Under the pieces are notes generated by a model that was given only the letters and a program-made list of their open reading frames with translations, did not search any database and was not told the DNA's origin. Source: Asterionella formosa (lineage: Eukaryota). From it: 33,078 nucleotides of DNA. The translations under genes and the position numbers were made by a program. Numbering within the stretch: the stretch's first letter is position 1; each line of letters begins with the position of its first letter. The DNA lies in assembly GCA_002256025.1 (NCBI GenBank), contig NKIB01000395.1, positions 1 through 33,078 of the forward strand, written 5' to 3'. Of this stretch, positions 1 to 11,568 are shown piece after piece.

Positions 1-114
1 ACTAAATGTGTCAGAGTCCTTAGTGGACTGACGTTCACCTAGGATTACTCTGATCTGTGTTGACCATGCATATTTGACAACCAAACTGGGCTGTACTCCA
101 TGGGAACCTGTCTG

Positions 115-159
115 ATGATAATGGGCTCAAGTGAGTGAATGATAATGGGCTCAAGTGAG
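115..159. repeat. Direct duplication of 21-mer ATGATAATGGGCTCAAGTGAG (115-135, 139-159)
   Basis: Two identical 21-nt copies with a 24-nt period, read directly from the sequence. Confidence 0.85.
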
Positions 160-1378
160 ACTATATTTGTTCAGCCTTGACGACGTTTTCGTATTGCACT
201 CAGTTCTCGAATACATCCACACAGTAATATTACCTGGGAAGCATATATCCATGCGAAATTTTCGAATCGATCAATGCTCAAATAGTCGACCATGAGCGAT
301 CAATCACTGTCATTACGCATGGATCCGCCCTCAAGAACCAAAACTTTAGTGTGCGGGTAGTTCTTCTGAAAATAGTGACAAGTATTATTGCCTCAGTACC
401 TACAACGATATAACTTTGGAGTACAATTTTTACACTGTGTGCAAAGTGAAGCATTTACAATCTTGTTGGATCACACGCTGTCACTGTCTCCAAGATTTGC
501 TCGACGACGAGTTGTCACCAACTAAGCAGATACGCATGTGCATCTGAGTTGTTCAAACTACCAAGGATTATTACTGTCCAAAGAGCGACGCTCTCTATGA
601 GATGGAAATAGAAAAAGAAGCAACAAACCACATGACAAGCAAATTGTTCCTATCAACTGAATAATTCAAAGTAGATCAGGCATGCCCCTTGTTACATACA
701 CCAAACCAAATCGAACTGATACAAATCGAGACTTCTTCTCTCTCCACGTACTGTTGCAAGCTTTTGCTGGTATTGATCTAGATGATTGCAACCCCAATGG
801 AGGAACGACTCTTTCATCATAGATTGTTCTGATTTCCGGCCCTATCAAGAAGGATTGGTCCAACCATATTACTATTATTATCACTCACAATTTATTGTTG
901 GGTCATCCTTCAACCAATATATATTCCATTCTTTTGTGATAGGTATCAGAGCTCACGGACATGATTCAATGCACATTGTGTGAAATTGGCAGTCCTAAAA
1001 TAATGAGTGGGGAATTTCATCAGTTCACCTTTGTACATGCTGGCTATGATGTACGACAGCTACATCAAAATATAAATAAATGACAGAGCCTACCGGTACC
1101 GGTATTTCAGAACTGGTCTGCCAGTCTGCCTGAAGCCTACCAGTATATACATACCGGTACGTTAAATGTAAGATCTTAGTACGAGCAATGGATGTCGTAT
1201 TACTACCAGTACCAGTACAGGTATGAGTATTACCGTATACTAGCAGCTACAAGTGATATCCACCCTCCCCTCCCCAACACCCCCCCCCTTCTTTCCCTTC
1301 CCCTTCCTCTCTACTCTTCTTACATTCCACTTTCATATCATTTGTGCTCCCCACCCCACCCCCATCAATCAATCAATC

Positions 1379-2152
1379 ATGACCATCATCCCCACCACAA
1401 GTAGCGAAGCTCCTAACCTCAACGATCTTCCCCTCGATGCACCAAAGTACGAACGCGCCAGTAAAAGCTCGAGGCCGACAATGGCAACGTACTCGTACAC
1501 GGACGAGGATTTGCCGCCTCTTCGTATGGGTGCCACCACTCGACTTCCAGAGCGACTTAGCGCATCTACCTCTCGACTAATGACGATGATGGACTCGCCA
1601 TCATCTGGGACGACGACGACAATGACTACTACGATGAACAATACTACTGCTTCCTCTTCTGGTCACCGCCGCAAGAGCTTGCCGGAATTCCTCAAGGACC
1701 TTCGCGGAGCACATCGGTCCAAATCCCCATCGAGTCGAGGATTGCGAGACGACTCCTCCGTCAGCTCAAGAAGCTCCATGGACATGGTGGACAATGATAT
1801 CTTGACGGACCGGATGGGGATGGAAGATCTGAATTCAAGTGTGTGCTCGGCTACCAGGGAGCAATTGCACAACCCTGTTGCGGCTCTGCCGCCTGTCAAT
1901 GAACGCTTGTCAGAAGATACCTTGGAAGATGTCCACGCCTTTTCGGATATTAGCAGGAGTTCGAGAGGGAATTCGGTGGCGGCGCTCAGTGAGGTTGGGA
2001 GCTTGTATTTGGACACCCTGGAAGAAGAGGAAGAAGACGATAATGATGGAGGGGTCATGATCAGCAACATGGAGAATTTGACCATTTTGGAAGAATGCGA
2101 GAAAGAAGACCACGAGGCATTCGGGAATGATGCTAACCCGACATTGGAATGA
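1379..2152 (+). CDS. Hypothetical protein, ~257 aa, Ser/Thr-rich, probably disordered, acidic C-terminus
   Basis: Long ORF, GC-richer than its flanks. First in-frame ATG at 1379 follows a pyrimidine/C-rich 5' leader (the track's GTG start at 1253 is unlikely in a eukaryote). No recognisable domain; contains RRKSLP and RSKSP motifs. Confidence 0.65.
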   Translation: MTIIPTTSSEAPNLNDLPLDAPKYERASKSSRPTMATYSYTDEDLPPLRMGATTRLPERLSASTSRLMTMMDSPSSGTTTTMTTTMNNTTASSSGHRRKSLPEFLKDLRGAHRSKSPSSRGLRDDSSVSSRSSMDMVDNDILTDRMGMEDLNSSVCSATREQLHNPVAALPPVNERLSEDTLEDVHAFSDISRSSRGNSVAALSEVGSLYLDTLEEEEEDDNDGGVMISNMENLTILEECEKEDHEAFGNDANPTLE

Positions 2153-2565
2153 TGGTGTCCTATTATTGTACACGATGGTGCAATCATACATTGCCTCAGA
2201 ATGAGGTCAGTTTGAGGGTTGGAAACAGCGCAAGTACGTTCAACACCTTTCGTCAATACATTTATACATCGAAGAGACTACCTGGTACCAGTAAACAAGT
2301 GAAGGAATATTTCAATCAATTCACCATTGAAACATGACGTGAGATAAGTGACTACATTATAAATTGTTTACATGATGGATTTGTAGTAGTCAATACTGCA
2401 TGCTTGATGCTTGTACTTTGTCACTCTGTTCTGGTAACAACCCAATGGTAGGATATCTCTGTTACAAGGCTGAACCACCCTTCAAAAAATAATACCTGCA
2501 ACAATATTCTCGTTTCCAGGAGAAGTTTTTGTACTGTTTCATAGATCAGAACAACACTTTGTCAA

Positions 2566-4278
2566 CTATACCCCTCCTTGCTTCATCCAATTTGCATATG
2601 TCACACAGTCACTCCTTGCCGTCCATACAAACATAAATGAAGGTTTCATCAAATCGCTATTCAATTGTTCAATTGAAGCTGCCAAGTACTCAGTGCGAGC
2701 TGGCACCATGAGACAATGTTGATATGTCAATACAGACAAGGTGGTTTGATCATATCGATGGTTGCCTAGGTCACTCCCTTGTGGACTAATGCATTCCAGT
2801 TCCATGGCGCAAGCAGCATTAGGTTTGACAATAGTGTCAATGTAACGGGAGGGGTACAAATATGCCTGAGTATTTCCACTGTAATGAGGTCCACCTTGAA
2901 AGGTGGTTTTATTGTACCCCATGTACTCATAGGTGGATTGGTGAGACCAAGGTTCCATATTTTCATCTTGACCTCGAACTAAGAAAATCCCAGTCTTGTG
3001 TACGATATATTCTGCAGGCTCCATGGGCCCAGTTAATGTATTGCCTGCATCCAACCAAAATATATTTCCATATTCATGAACAGATTCATTCATGGCTATT
3101 GGTTTCCATGCATATACTTTGCCTATTCGTACATGATCTGGAAATGAATCAGGAAATCCATCTTTCCACTTGATGTCAATGACATTTGGCCATGATTGGG
3201 CTGTCAACAATTGCTCTTTGGTCAATCCTAGATTGTAAATCACCACTGAATGTTCTGGAGCCCAATATAGGCATGATGCAACTAAATTTTCTAGTCCAAG
3301 GAAAAATCCAAACGATGCCCCTGTGACAATGACCATATCATGTTTGGTGGCATTGGTTGGTGTCCAATATTCTGGTTCTGGCTCACATTGTCTAGATTGT
3401 TGGTTGCAGACAAAGTGATTGCCACAACTAGTAGTCGTTGTTGTACAAGGTGCATAACAAAAGGCCCTCCATGCTTGACGTTCATCATCATCCTTGACTG
3501 GATCAACTCGAAGCACATGATGATTTTGTACGGCTTGTTTCCAAGTGTCAATGGTAAATCCCTTCCATGGATTTTGGGGCGTCCTATGGTATTGGATGAT
3601 ACATCCATCTGGCCGCCGTTGTTGTGAGGACAATGTGTTCCACATGCTTTCAACATTAACTTTTGAGTCAAAATAGAATTGTTCATCCCATTTTAATTCC
3701 TCGAGACAAGATGCAATGCATGGATCTGATTCTGTGATGAGTTCTGCTGGAATGTAGTCTTCGCAACTACCAGGAGAAGTAGTAGTAGTAGTAGTTGTTG
3801 TTGTAGTTGTAGCAATGGCACAGGTAGTTCCAACAGGACAATGACCTTCATATCTACAGTTCTGTTCTATTTCTTGCTCTGTTGATCCTTTCTGATGGAT
3901 CATGGTTCGATCCTCCCCAGCGTCAATATCCAAGAACGATGCTTGCTGTCCTGGGAAGATTCTGATAGTCTCGTTGACAGTGAATTGATTTCTGCTTATT
4001 GCCTTGGATGCCAGCTGAGAGATTGCTCTCCATCGGAGGGAATTACTTTTGGCGGATTGTATCCATGATTCCTTGGTTGCTGCACTAGTCGTAGAAGAGG
4101 TAGTGGTAGTAGTAATTCTTGAGTGATGGTAGTGAGCCACGTAAAAGGAACTGAAAGAAACGGAAATAATGACTCCAATAATGAGCAATCTCATTCCATC
4201 ATGCAGCGGCTTTCTTTTCTTGTTTGATGTTTCTTGAACAGCTATAATAAGAGCTGAAGGTGATACTACTGATTGCAT
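2566..4278 (-). CDS. Type II membrane protein with Cys-rich modules and a C-terminal DUF1647-like (GT-A-like putative glycosyltransferase) domain
   Basis: 570-aa intronless ORF. N-terminal hydrophobic anchor (LLIIGVIISVSFSSFYVA). C-terminal motifs VIVTGAS, VVIYNLGL, YAWKP, FWLDAG and NHRYDQT match my recollection of DUF1647. Start could instead be MRLLIIG. Confidence 0.75.
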   Translation of the reverse strand: MQSVVSPSALIIAVQETSNKKRKPLHDGMRLLIIGVIISVSFSSFYVAHYHHSRITTTTTSSTTSAATKESWIQSAKSNSLRWRAISQLASKAISRNQFTVNETIRIFPGQQASFLDIDAGEDRTMIHQKGSTEQEIEQNCRYEGHCPVGTTCAIATTTTTTTTTTTSPGSCEDYIPAELITESDPCIASCLEELKWDEQFYFDSKVNVESMWNTLSSQQRRPDGCIIQYHRTPQNPWKGFTIDTWKQAVQNHHVLRVDPVKDDDERQAWRAFCYAPCTTTTTSCGNHFVCNQQSRQCEPEPEYWTPTNATKHDMVIVTGASFGFFLGLENLVASCLYWAPEHSVVIYNLGLTKEQLLTAQSWPNVIDIKWKDGFPDSFPDHVRIGKVYAWKPIAMNESVHEYGNIFWLDAGNTLTGPMEPAEYIVHKTGIFLVRGQDENMEPWSHQSTYEYMGYNKTTFQGGPHYSGNTQAYLYPSRYIDTIVKPNAACAMELECISPQGSDLGNHRYDQTTLSVLTYQHCLMVPARTEYLAASIEQLNSDLMKPSFMFVWTARSDCVTYANWMKQGGV

Positions 4279-5186
4279 AACAAGGGAAGGATCAGTACAA
4301 GCGTTTGTGGGGGGAAGGTTCCATGAAGAAGTTGTGGGGGGGGGGGAATTGTTGTTTTCGTCTTGTTCCTACGACACAACAAGCATCAGGAGGTAGTCTA
4401 CTGCGGTCGTACCGATTATGTAGAATCATGAATCTGTCCGCCCGCCCTGCTCCTGCATTTGTAAGATGGTACCTGGTACTGGTACACACATACATTGCGC
4501 TATATTTTTGGGAAGAATTTTCAATTATACATAGCTACAGGTATTTATTACCGTAATGATCAATTCAGTACGATTCTTACGGATACGCACTGTGGTACCA
4601 GGTACCGGTACTTACATAATATATGCCGCATCGTATGTATGTATGTCTGTATTACATACCTGTACATATGTGATACTACGGTACCTGGTACCTGGTATTT
4701 ATTAGTAAGTAATGGGCTGCTGCAGTAGATTTTATGGTGCGTGATGTTCCTGAATGCTTGTGTGTTGACGATGATGGTGATGACAGACAGGCGGGGGGTT
4801 GAAGGCATTTGATCCTGACATCATCACTGTGTGTGCGTACCTGGTACCAGGGGTATGGTACCAGGTACCATCATCAGTTGAATGATTTGTCATGAATTTA
4901 TTCAGCAGATTGGCCTTCACCTCTGTATCATTTGATATAAAACATCTATAAACACAAAACATATCATCGTTCACAAGAACGTCGTTCTTGTGTTGTTGTT
5001 GTTGTTGTTTGGACGATTCACAAGAGAAAATTGGTGTTGTGTGAGAAGTTCACAAAGCCAATCCAATATTATTTAATAGATCTTATTATTGTTTGTTAAC
5101 ACAATACTCAGTTATTGATCTGTCTGTCTCGTCAACCCCCACACGCTCACAAACAATTCAACCACACAACTGAATCAACATCAATT

Positions 5187-6194
5187 ATGCTGTCTTCGTT
5201 CCGCCTCCTCCAACAAGCCTCCCGCCTTACCGGACGGCGCCATGTGTCTCGATCCACTCCCTCCTCAGCCGTCTACAACAAGATTGCCTTTCTGGGCGTT
5301 GGGAAGATGGCACAGGCCATGATCCAGCCACTCATCAAAACTGGACTGCAACCAGCATCACAAATACATGTCTATGACGTATCCAAACCTGCCATGAAGG
5401 CAGTGGCTGCCAAGTATCCGGGCATTGTAACTAGCTTGTCGGCTGCCGAGGTGGTGCACGACGCAGATTTAGTGGTGTGTGCGGTCAAGCCACAAAATCT
5501 AACACCAGACTTTTTCCAGCAATTGGGGACCCCATCGCCTCAGACGACACTCCTTTCAGTCATTGCCGGAAAGCCAATGACAACATTCACACACGGGGGC
5601 TTTACCAAAGTAGCGCGCAGTATGCCCAACACTCCTGCGCAAATTGGACAGGGCATGACAGTTTGGTGCTGTACTGACAATGTGCTGCCAGATGAACGAG
5701 AAACCATCAAGCAAGTATTGTCATCCTTTGGCAAATCTGTATTTGTAGACGATGAAGACTTTATTGACATGTCCACTGCCATTAGTGGCAGTGGTCCTGC
5801 CTATATCTTTATGCTCATGGAGGCCATGACAGATGCTGGCGTGCACATGGGCTTTAGTCGGGAGACAGCCACCACGTTGGTGCATCATACCTTGCTGGGT
5901 AGTACATTGTATGCCATGGAAACAGGAGACCATCCTGTCATTTTGAGAAATAGTGTCACATCGCCTGCAGGAACAACAGCCAGTGCACTGTATGAATTGG
6001 AAAATGGAAATTTCCGTACTGTCATTATGAATGCCATTTGGGCTTGCTATCGCCGGTCGTTGGAAATGGGAAATAAGGCGTCCAATGTCGGACCTGGACG
6101 ATCAGGAACATCTGCTATTGTGCACTTGAATTTGCCGCCCCAGGGGGAAATGGAGTACAATCATGATGACAATGAGCCACGTCCAAAAGAGTAA
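5187..6194 (+). CDS. proC: Pyrroline-5-carboxylate reductase (~335 aa) with N-terminal mitochondrial-type presequence
   Basis: Rossmann motif FLGVGKMA, CAVKPQ, RSMPNTPA, TAISGSGPAY and VTSPAGTT are P5CR signatures. ATG at 5187 gives MLSSFRLLQQASRLTGRRHVSRS (Arg/Ser-rich, no acidic residues). Confidence 0.95.
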   Translation: MLSSFRLLQQASRLTGRRHVSRSTPSSAVYNKIAFLGVGKMAQAMIQPLIKTGLQPASQIHVYDVSKPAMKAVAAKYPGIVTSLSAAEVVHDADLVVCAVKPQNLTPDFFQQLGTPSPQTTLLSVIAGKPMTTFTHGGFTKVARSMPNTPAQIGQGMTVWCCTDNVLPDERETIKQVLSSFGKSVFVDDEDFIDMSTAISGSGPAYIFMLMEAMTDAGVHMGFSRETATTLVHHTLLGSTLYAMETGDHPVILRNSVTSPAGTTASALYELENGNFRTVIMNAIWACYRRSLEMGNKASNVGPGRSGTSAIVHLNLPPQGEMEYNHDDNEPRPKE

Positions 6195-7018
6195 TGACTT
6201 GCAGTCTTTTTTTCTTGTCCTTGAATGGACGGTATCATCATTTTATTTACTAGATATAGATAGGACCTTGTTGAAAAGTATGAATACTGTATAGTGAAAT
6301 ATAAACAATCTGAATCTATGAATATAATGTCCATCATCATTACTTCCACTGATTCATTTGGCATTTGCTGAATTTCGAGCAAGAGATGTTGTACTCTGAG
6401 CTCACTTTGACAACATACCAGTCTGACTTTGATATCCAAAACGTCTACCGGTACCTGACTCAACAACCTCACAGTCATTCAAGAAAAACATAAAAACAAG
6501 CTAGCACAAAGTACATAATATGAATGATGGCACGAAATAACCATACCAAGACGAATGAATGAATACACATGGTTTCTGCGGAGTATGCTACTTGTACCTG
6601 GTATGATTGTACCAGTAGCTGACTAAATGTATCACCTCAAAATAGTATATAACTGTCGAAGGTTCGATGTCCTTCGAATTTTTTTTAATATACATGCCGT
6701 ACCAGGTAATACCTTTGATATCAGGAATTTGTTGCATCTTCCGGTAGTCTTCTATATTTTAGCAAAAATACCGGTACTTGTACTTTAACAACTTTGTGTA
6801 TTCATATTGGTATTGCAGACTACTGCAATACAAATCGAAATCAGTATGTATTGTTATACTATACTACCAATACTACCGAATGCAAGCATGGTATGATGGA
6901 AATGAATGTTTTACGTATCATCATTTTATTTTTTATCGTACCCGGTACCATCAGGTATCGAAATCGCCGCCGTTGTCGATTTGTTCATTATCATCTATCA
7001 TTACTACTATTATTCATC

Positions 7019-8447
7019 ATGTACTCTGATCTACTTGATGTGTTGGGAAACCACTCGTCTGCTGGTGCTGGAGCTGGTGCATCATCCTCGCACAATCAAC
7101 CACTCGATGACACAAAGTATGTTGTTGCTTCGTTCCAGGCAGGGAAAATGGATTTGACGATGAAACCGGTACGTTTCCAAGAACACGGTTTCTAACATGA
7201 TTTTGATCCACTATCGATGACTGATACTGTATGTACTACGCTGTACATACATTGGGATTGGGTTTGACATTGCCTTGTCCCTGCATTCTCACACACTGCG
7301 ACTATCCTCACTATACTACTCCCTACACTTTGTACCACTACGTACTACTTTCAACTGCTACTGTTGCTATACTCCACTATCCTGACAACAGAGTGGCAGA
7401 TACTCTTGTACTCCAAATCCAACTCGTGGGACAGTGCAGTTGGTGTGGATAAGAGAAACATCTTGCTTGGAATGGGAATTCCTGGATCGTATCAATACTA
7501 CTACTGCTAGTACTACTACCACAACTCCTGCTCCTACTACACTAGAGACCATTTCAGCATTGCCTACCACCAGTACTATTGCTACTGCTACGATGAATGA
7601 CGAAGAAAAAGACGAAGAACATGGTGGTGCAACCTTTTTTGAACGGATTCATTTACCCAATCAACCAGAACAGCGCATCTATGTTTGGACCAACAACAAC
7701 AACAGCAATGCCAACACCAACAAACATCTCATGTTTTGGATGCAATCACAATCAGAAGATGGAGAAGCAGAACTTGTGGCAACGATTAATACATGTTTGG
7801 CAGCACGACCATATTGTCCCCCAGATGCAATGACGACGAATACTACTACATCAACATCGGAGCATCAAGTGGATGCCTTGTCAAATATTTTAGAACATTT
7901 AGGAATGCCAGCACAACCAACAACAGATGGAAATACTACTTCGAATAATACTTCCGGTGGGGGAACATTGACATTGGCTGATTTACAGGGTGCCATGGCT
8001 GGACTTGGTACTACTACTTCTGCTAGAGATGACGATATTGTGATTCCATTCAATGATATTGTAACACCATCTGCTACAACAACTACTACCATTATTCAGT
8101 CTTTGAACGAATCAGCCAAGGCTCGGTTGTTGGAATTGTTACCTGAAGAACAAAGGGATATTGCTTATTTGGAAGAAAATCTATTGTCTCCCCAAGTACA
8201 GCAAACACTCCGAGCATTGTCTCAAGCTGTATCGGATAGGGATGGATATCATTCCTTGATTGCCAATTTTCAACTCAATCATCATGTGGATGATGGAGAA
8301 CGTGCCTTGCAAAGTGGAAATCCTGTTCAAGCGTTTTTGGATTGCATTTTGGCAAGTGTCAAGAAGGAAGATGAGGATAATGAAAATGACACAAATGATG
8401 ACAATGATGGTATCGACGAAACGAAAGAGGAGGATATGCAAGGATAA
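7019..8447 (+). CDS. RPN13: Proteasomal ubiquitin receptor Rpn13/ADRM1 (~401 aa); exons 7019-7168, 7392-8447
   Basis: Splicing GTACGT(7169)...CAG(7391) joins SFQAGKMDLTMKP to SGRYSCTPNPTRGTVQL (Pru domain start); RIYVW...LMFWMQ closes the Pru domain. C-terminal LLELLPEE...LEENLLSPQVQQTLRALSQAV is a DEUBAD/UCH-binding domain. Confidence 0.88.
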
Positions 8448-9153
8448 GCCATGAGAGAGAGAGGAGAAGTGTGTCATTGGTAACTGGTAATCTCAGCCAT
8501 GACGGCACATACTTGGGTGCAAAGTCTTGGGGATGAAGAAGATGGATGGGAATACATTTAAATGAAAATAAGTTGAATTTGAGAATTTTGGCTTACCAAC
8601 AAGATGGAGTGTCCATCTATTTTTTGTCTGTAGAGTATTGTCCTAAAATTCTATATATTTATCAAGGAATGCCAATAATAGCAATACTGAAAAATTGCAG
8701 TGGTATACAAGTACACACGGAGGCAGTCATGATTATATGGTGTAACGCAGAAAACGGATCTCATGAAGTGGGTGTGCTGGATTGGATGAATTGGAACGAT
8801 TGCACACTGAATTTACATAGGAGCATTTGTCATCGAATTAGATGGGTGTTTATGAATCAAGCTACAATCCGTGTGACACGCACAGTGAATACATGAATAT
8901 ATATATACCGGTAGCCTCCTTGGTGAACTGCTGCGAAGTATGGTCGGCATGACATGACTGCTATGATATTATGACAGCTTGGTCTTCCTACTGCTGAAGG
9001 GATGAATGAAAATATGATTGTTGGAACCACATTGGAGGGCACTTGGATTTTTTAAAGCATTATTTATTCGCCTCTTTAGTATAATGATGGTAGTAGTACA
9101 AGTAGTACTACTGTTAGACTTGACTACCAGCCACACTGACTATTTCATTCTCG

Positions 9154-9687
9154 TTACATTTGCGTCTTGTAATATCCATAGACAATTGCCAAGATAAGAA
9201 CCAGTACAACAATCATCATACTTGATCCACCAGCACCAGCAGCCTCCTTCTTTTCCGCATCTTCTCGCATCTTTTTCAACGCAGCTTCATCCAATTTGTA
9301 GTCCCCCACCAAATACTTTTTCAATTCTTCCCTAGCATCCTTGGAATGACCAATGTCTTCAAAGAATTCATCCGCATCTTGACCTGCCACATCCAACATG
9401 ACTTCAGCTCCACCTGGATGGTCGTCCAAATACTTGGTAACATCGTAAACCTTTGGTCCACCTAGAGCAATGTAGTAGAGTAGGAGTAGTAAGTATAGAG
9501 TGTACAGTGGACTCCCTGGTCGTGGTCATCGACTGTCTGTCATCACACACGTGCGTAGTAAGTATCTCGTGTATGTAAAATACACGAACGTACCTGTTTT
9601 CACATTTCCAATAATCAACCAACAACTCTCTTGAGTGTTGTGTTTGGCGATTTCATCGAGAGTGTATTCCTTTGCAGATTCTGACAT
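9154..9687 (-). CDS. CYB5: Cytochrome b5, tail-anchored (~133 aa); exons 9687-9594, 9461-9154
   Basis: Spliced product [49 protein letters not shown]...FFEDIGHS has both heme-ligand His motifs and a C-terminal transmembrane anchor. Intron 9593-9462 is GTACGT...TAG, phase 1. Confidence 0.95.
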
Positions 9688-10104
9688 GATGGATGTTTCT
9701 ATGAAGAATACTTTGAAAGATAGGAATCAGCGAAACGGGATGCGAAGCACAAACAAATGTAGAAAATTAATGATGAATAATGATGAGGATCGGTTCGCGA
9801 AGGAAGTTAAATAAAAATGACGACAATGAGCCGAGAGAATGATGACAAGAAAGTGAACTAGCAGCGGCGTCGTAGATGTCACATACACCCGTATGAAGAT
9901 AGTATACCGGTCCTGGTACTTACATTGTTTTTTGAATGGCCACGTAGCGGCTTGTAATTGCTACAGGTATGCAAGTATTGCTGCTTTATATGTACGTACA
10001 TGTACTTACGGGTAGTTGTATTGGACTTGTCAACCAGTAGTGTACATTGCTAAATCAATGATGCTTGTAGCTTATTATAATTTTATTTTTCAAAGTAGGA
10101 TCTA

Positions 10105-11124
10105 TGTATCATAGACACTGCACGCATGTGGGAGGTGTCCCAAGCAACAAGCGACCCCAGGAGCTCCCCCCTGCTATATACATGGATGAAATTTCAAATC
10201 ATACTAGTGATGTATTTTGCAGCTATATGATAAGGATTGTTCTTATCATTTTGCATTGGGTATCACTTCATTTTAAAATGTATCAGCAATGGTAACTCGA
10301 TTTGAACTGAGAAAGCGAATTTCCTCCATTCTCTACATTAAATTGTATCACTAAACTTGTATCACAGTATATCATGGTGTAACACAGATCTTCAGAGGTG
10401 ACAGGCCAGCAATGGATATTTGAATATATGTGAGCAAAGAATATGCATCAATGTAACCTAATCGGAATACAATAACAAATGTATCATGTGACAGAGACTG
10501 CATGATATACATGCTACTGGTAGACTTGTCAACATCTTCATGTCAGTACTACATTGGCTATGTTGATACATGGCCATTTCTCCATCAAAATGGCAAATAA
10601 GTCACTGCACCTCTGAGGTCCAATGTATCATTGATGTATGAACAATGCAATAGAAAAATAAATATAGATGTACCTTTAAAATTGCGTAAGAAACTAAGAA
10701 TCTACGATGCAAGGGAATATTTGTCAATTTATAGGAATGCAAGAAATAGAACTATTGATTTGTTCCAGAAACGACTAAAGCTATGACTATTAATGCAACT
10801 ATAACGATGCTATCATATGACATAAGGGCTTGCAAAAGCCCTGAGAGGAGGGCAGAATTTCAATTGTAAACGCCATTGAACCCCCAATCAATTGCAGCTG
10901 TGGTGCTTTCAAGTTAAACTGTGATGCTGATGTTGATTTTCAAACACAAGCACGATAAATTATATAATATTTTACTGTGATGTTGGCGTGTTTACAATTC
11001 CTTTATCAGTGACAATAGAAGTGTTACACAGCGATCAATGGATGTATCACGACTGATACATTTTTTGAAAAATGTATCAGTGATACAGCCATGATCACAC
11101 CTATAAAAACCTGTTAGTGATACA
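10105..11124. repeat. Cluster of TGTATCA/TGATACA heptamers with a 14-bp inverted repeat (11052-11081); probable transposon remnant
   Basis: 12 exact copies counted at 10105, 10279, 10344, 10358, 10480, 10564, 10624, 11043, 11054, 11073, 11081, 11118 in an AT-rich tract lacking credible ORFs. TE origin is inference. Confidence 0.55.
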
Positions 11125-11541
11125 AACCACCATTTTCGTAACACTAATGATGATCATTAATGATAAAATGATGAGAATGGCTCCAAGATGTCCCACCACT
11201 GCTATCCATGTCTTTTTAAGAAGCCCTTTGTAGAAGCAAATGCATTTTCTATGTGCGACTATGAGGGTAATGGGTACTTCGGTTAGATTAATATGTGTCA
11301 GCAAGCATAACGTTAAATAGCAATACATGTGGGTCAATTAGGGCTATTGATTTGCGTTGGTCAGTGAACTGAACTGTATCCAGGTGTGTAATATTGGCTA
11401 TTACTATTACCGTGGAGATATAGCTAAATAAACTAATGAGCATGCATTTCTGGACAACAAATAACTCATTATACAGATGTTGAATAGCATAGCTAGCATT
11501 TTGAACATCCAGATTTATGATAAGCTGGCCATCCATGTTGA

Positions 11542-11568
11542 CAGTCTCAGTCTCAGTCTCAGTCTCAG
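11542..11568. repeat. (CAGTCT)4.5 hexanucleotide microsatellite
   Basis: Read directly from the sequence. Confidence 0.8.
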
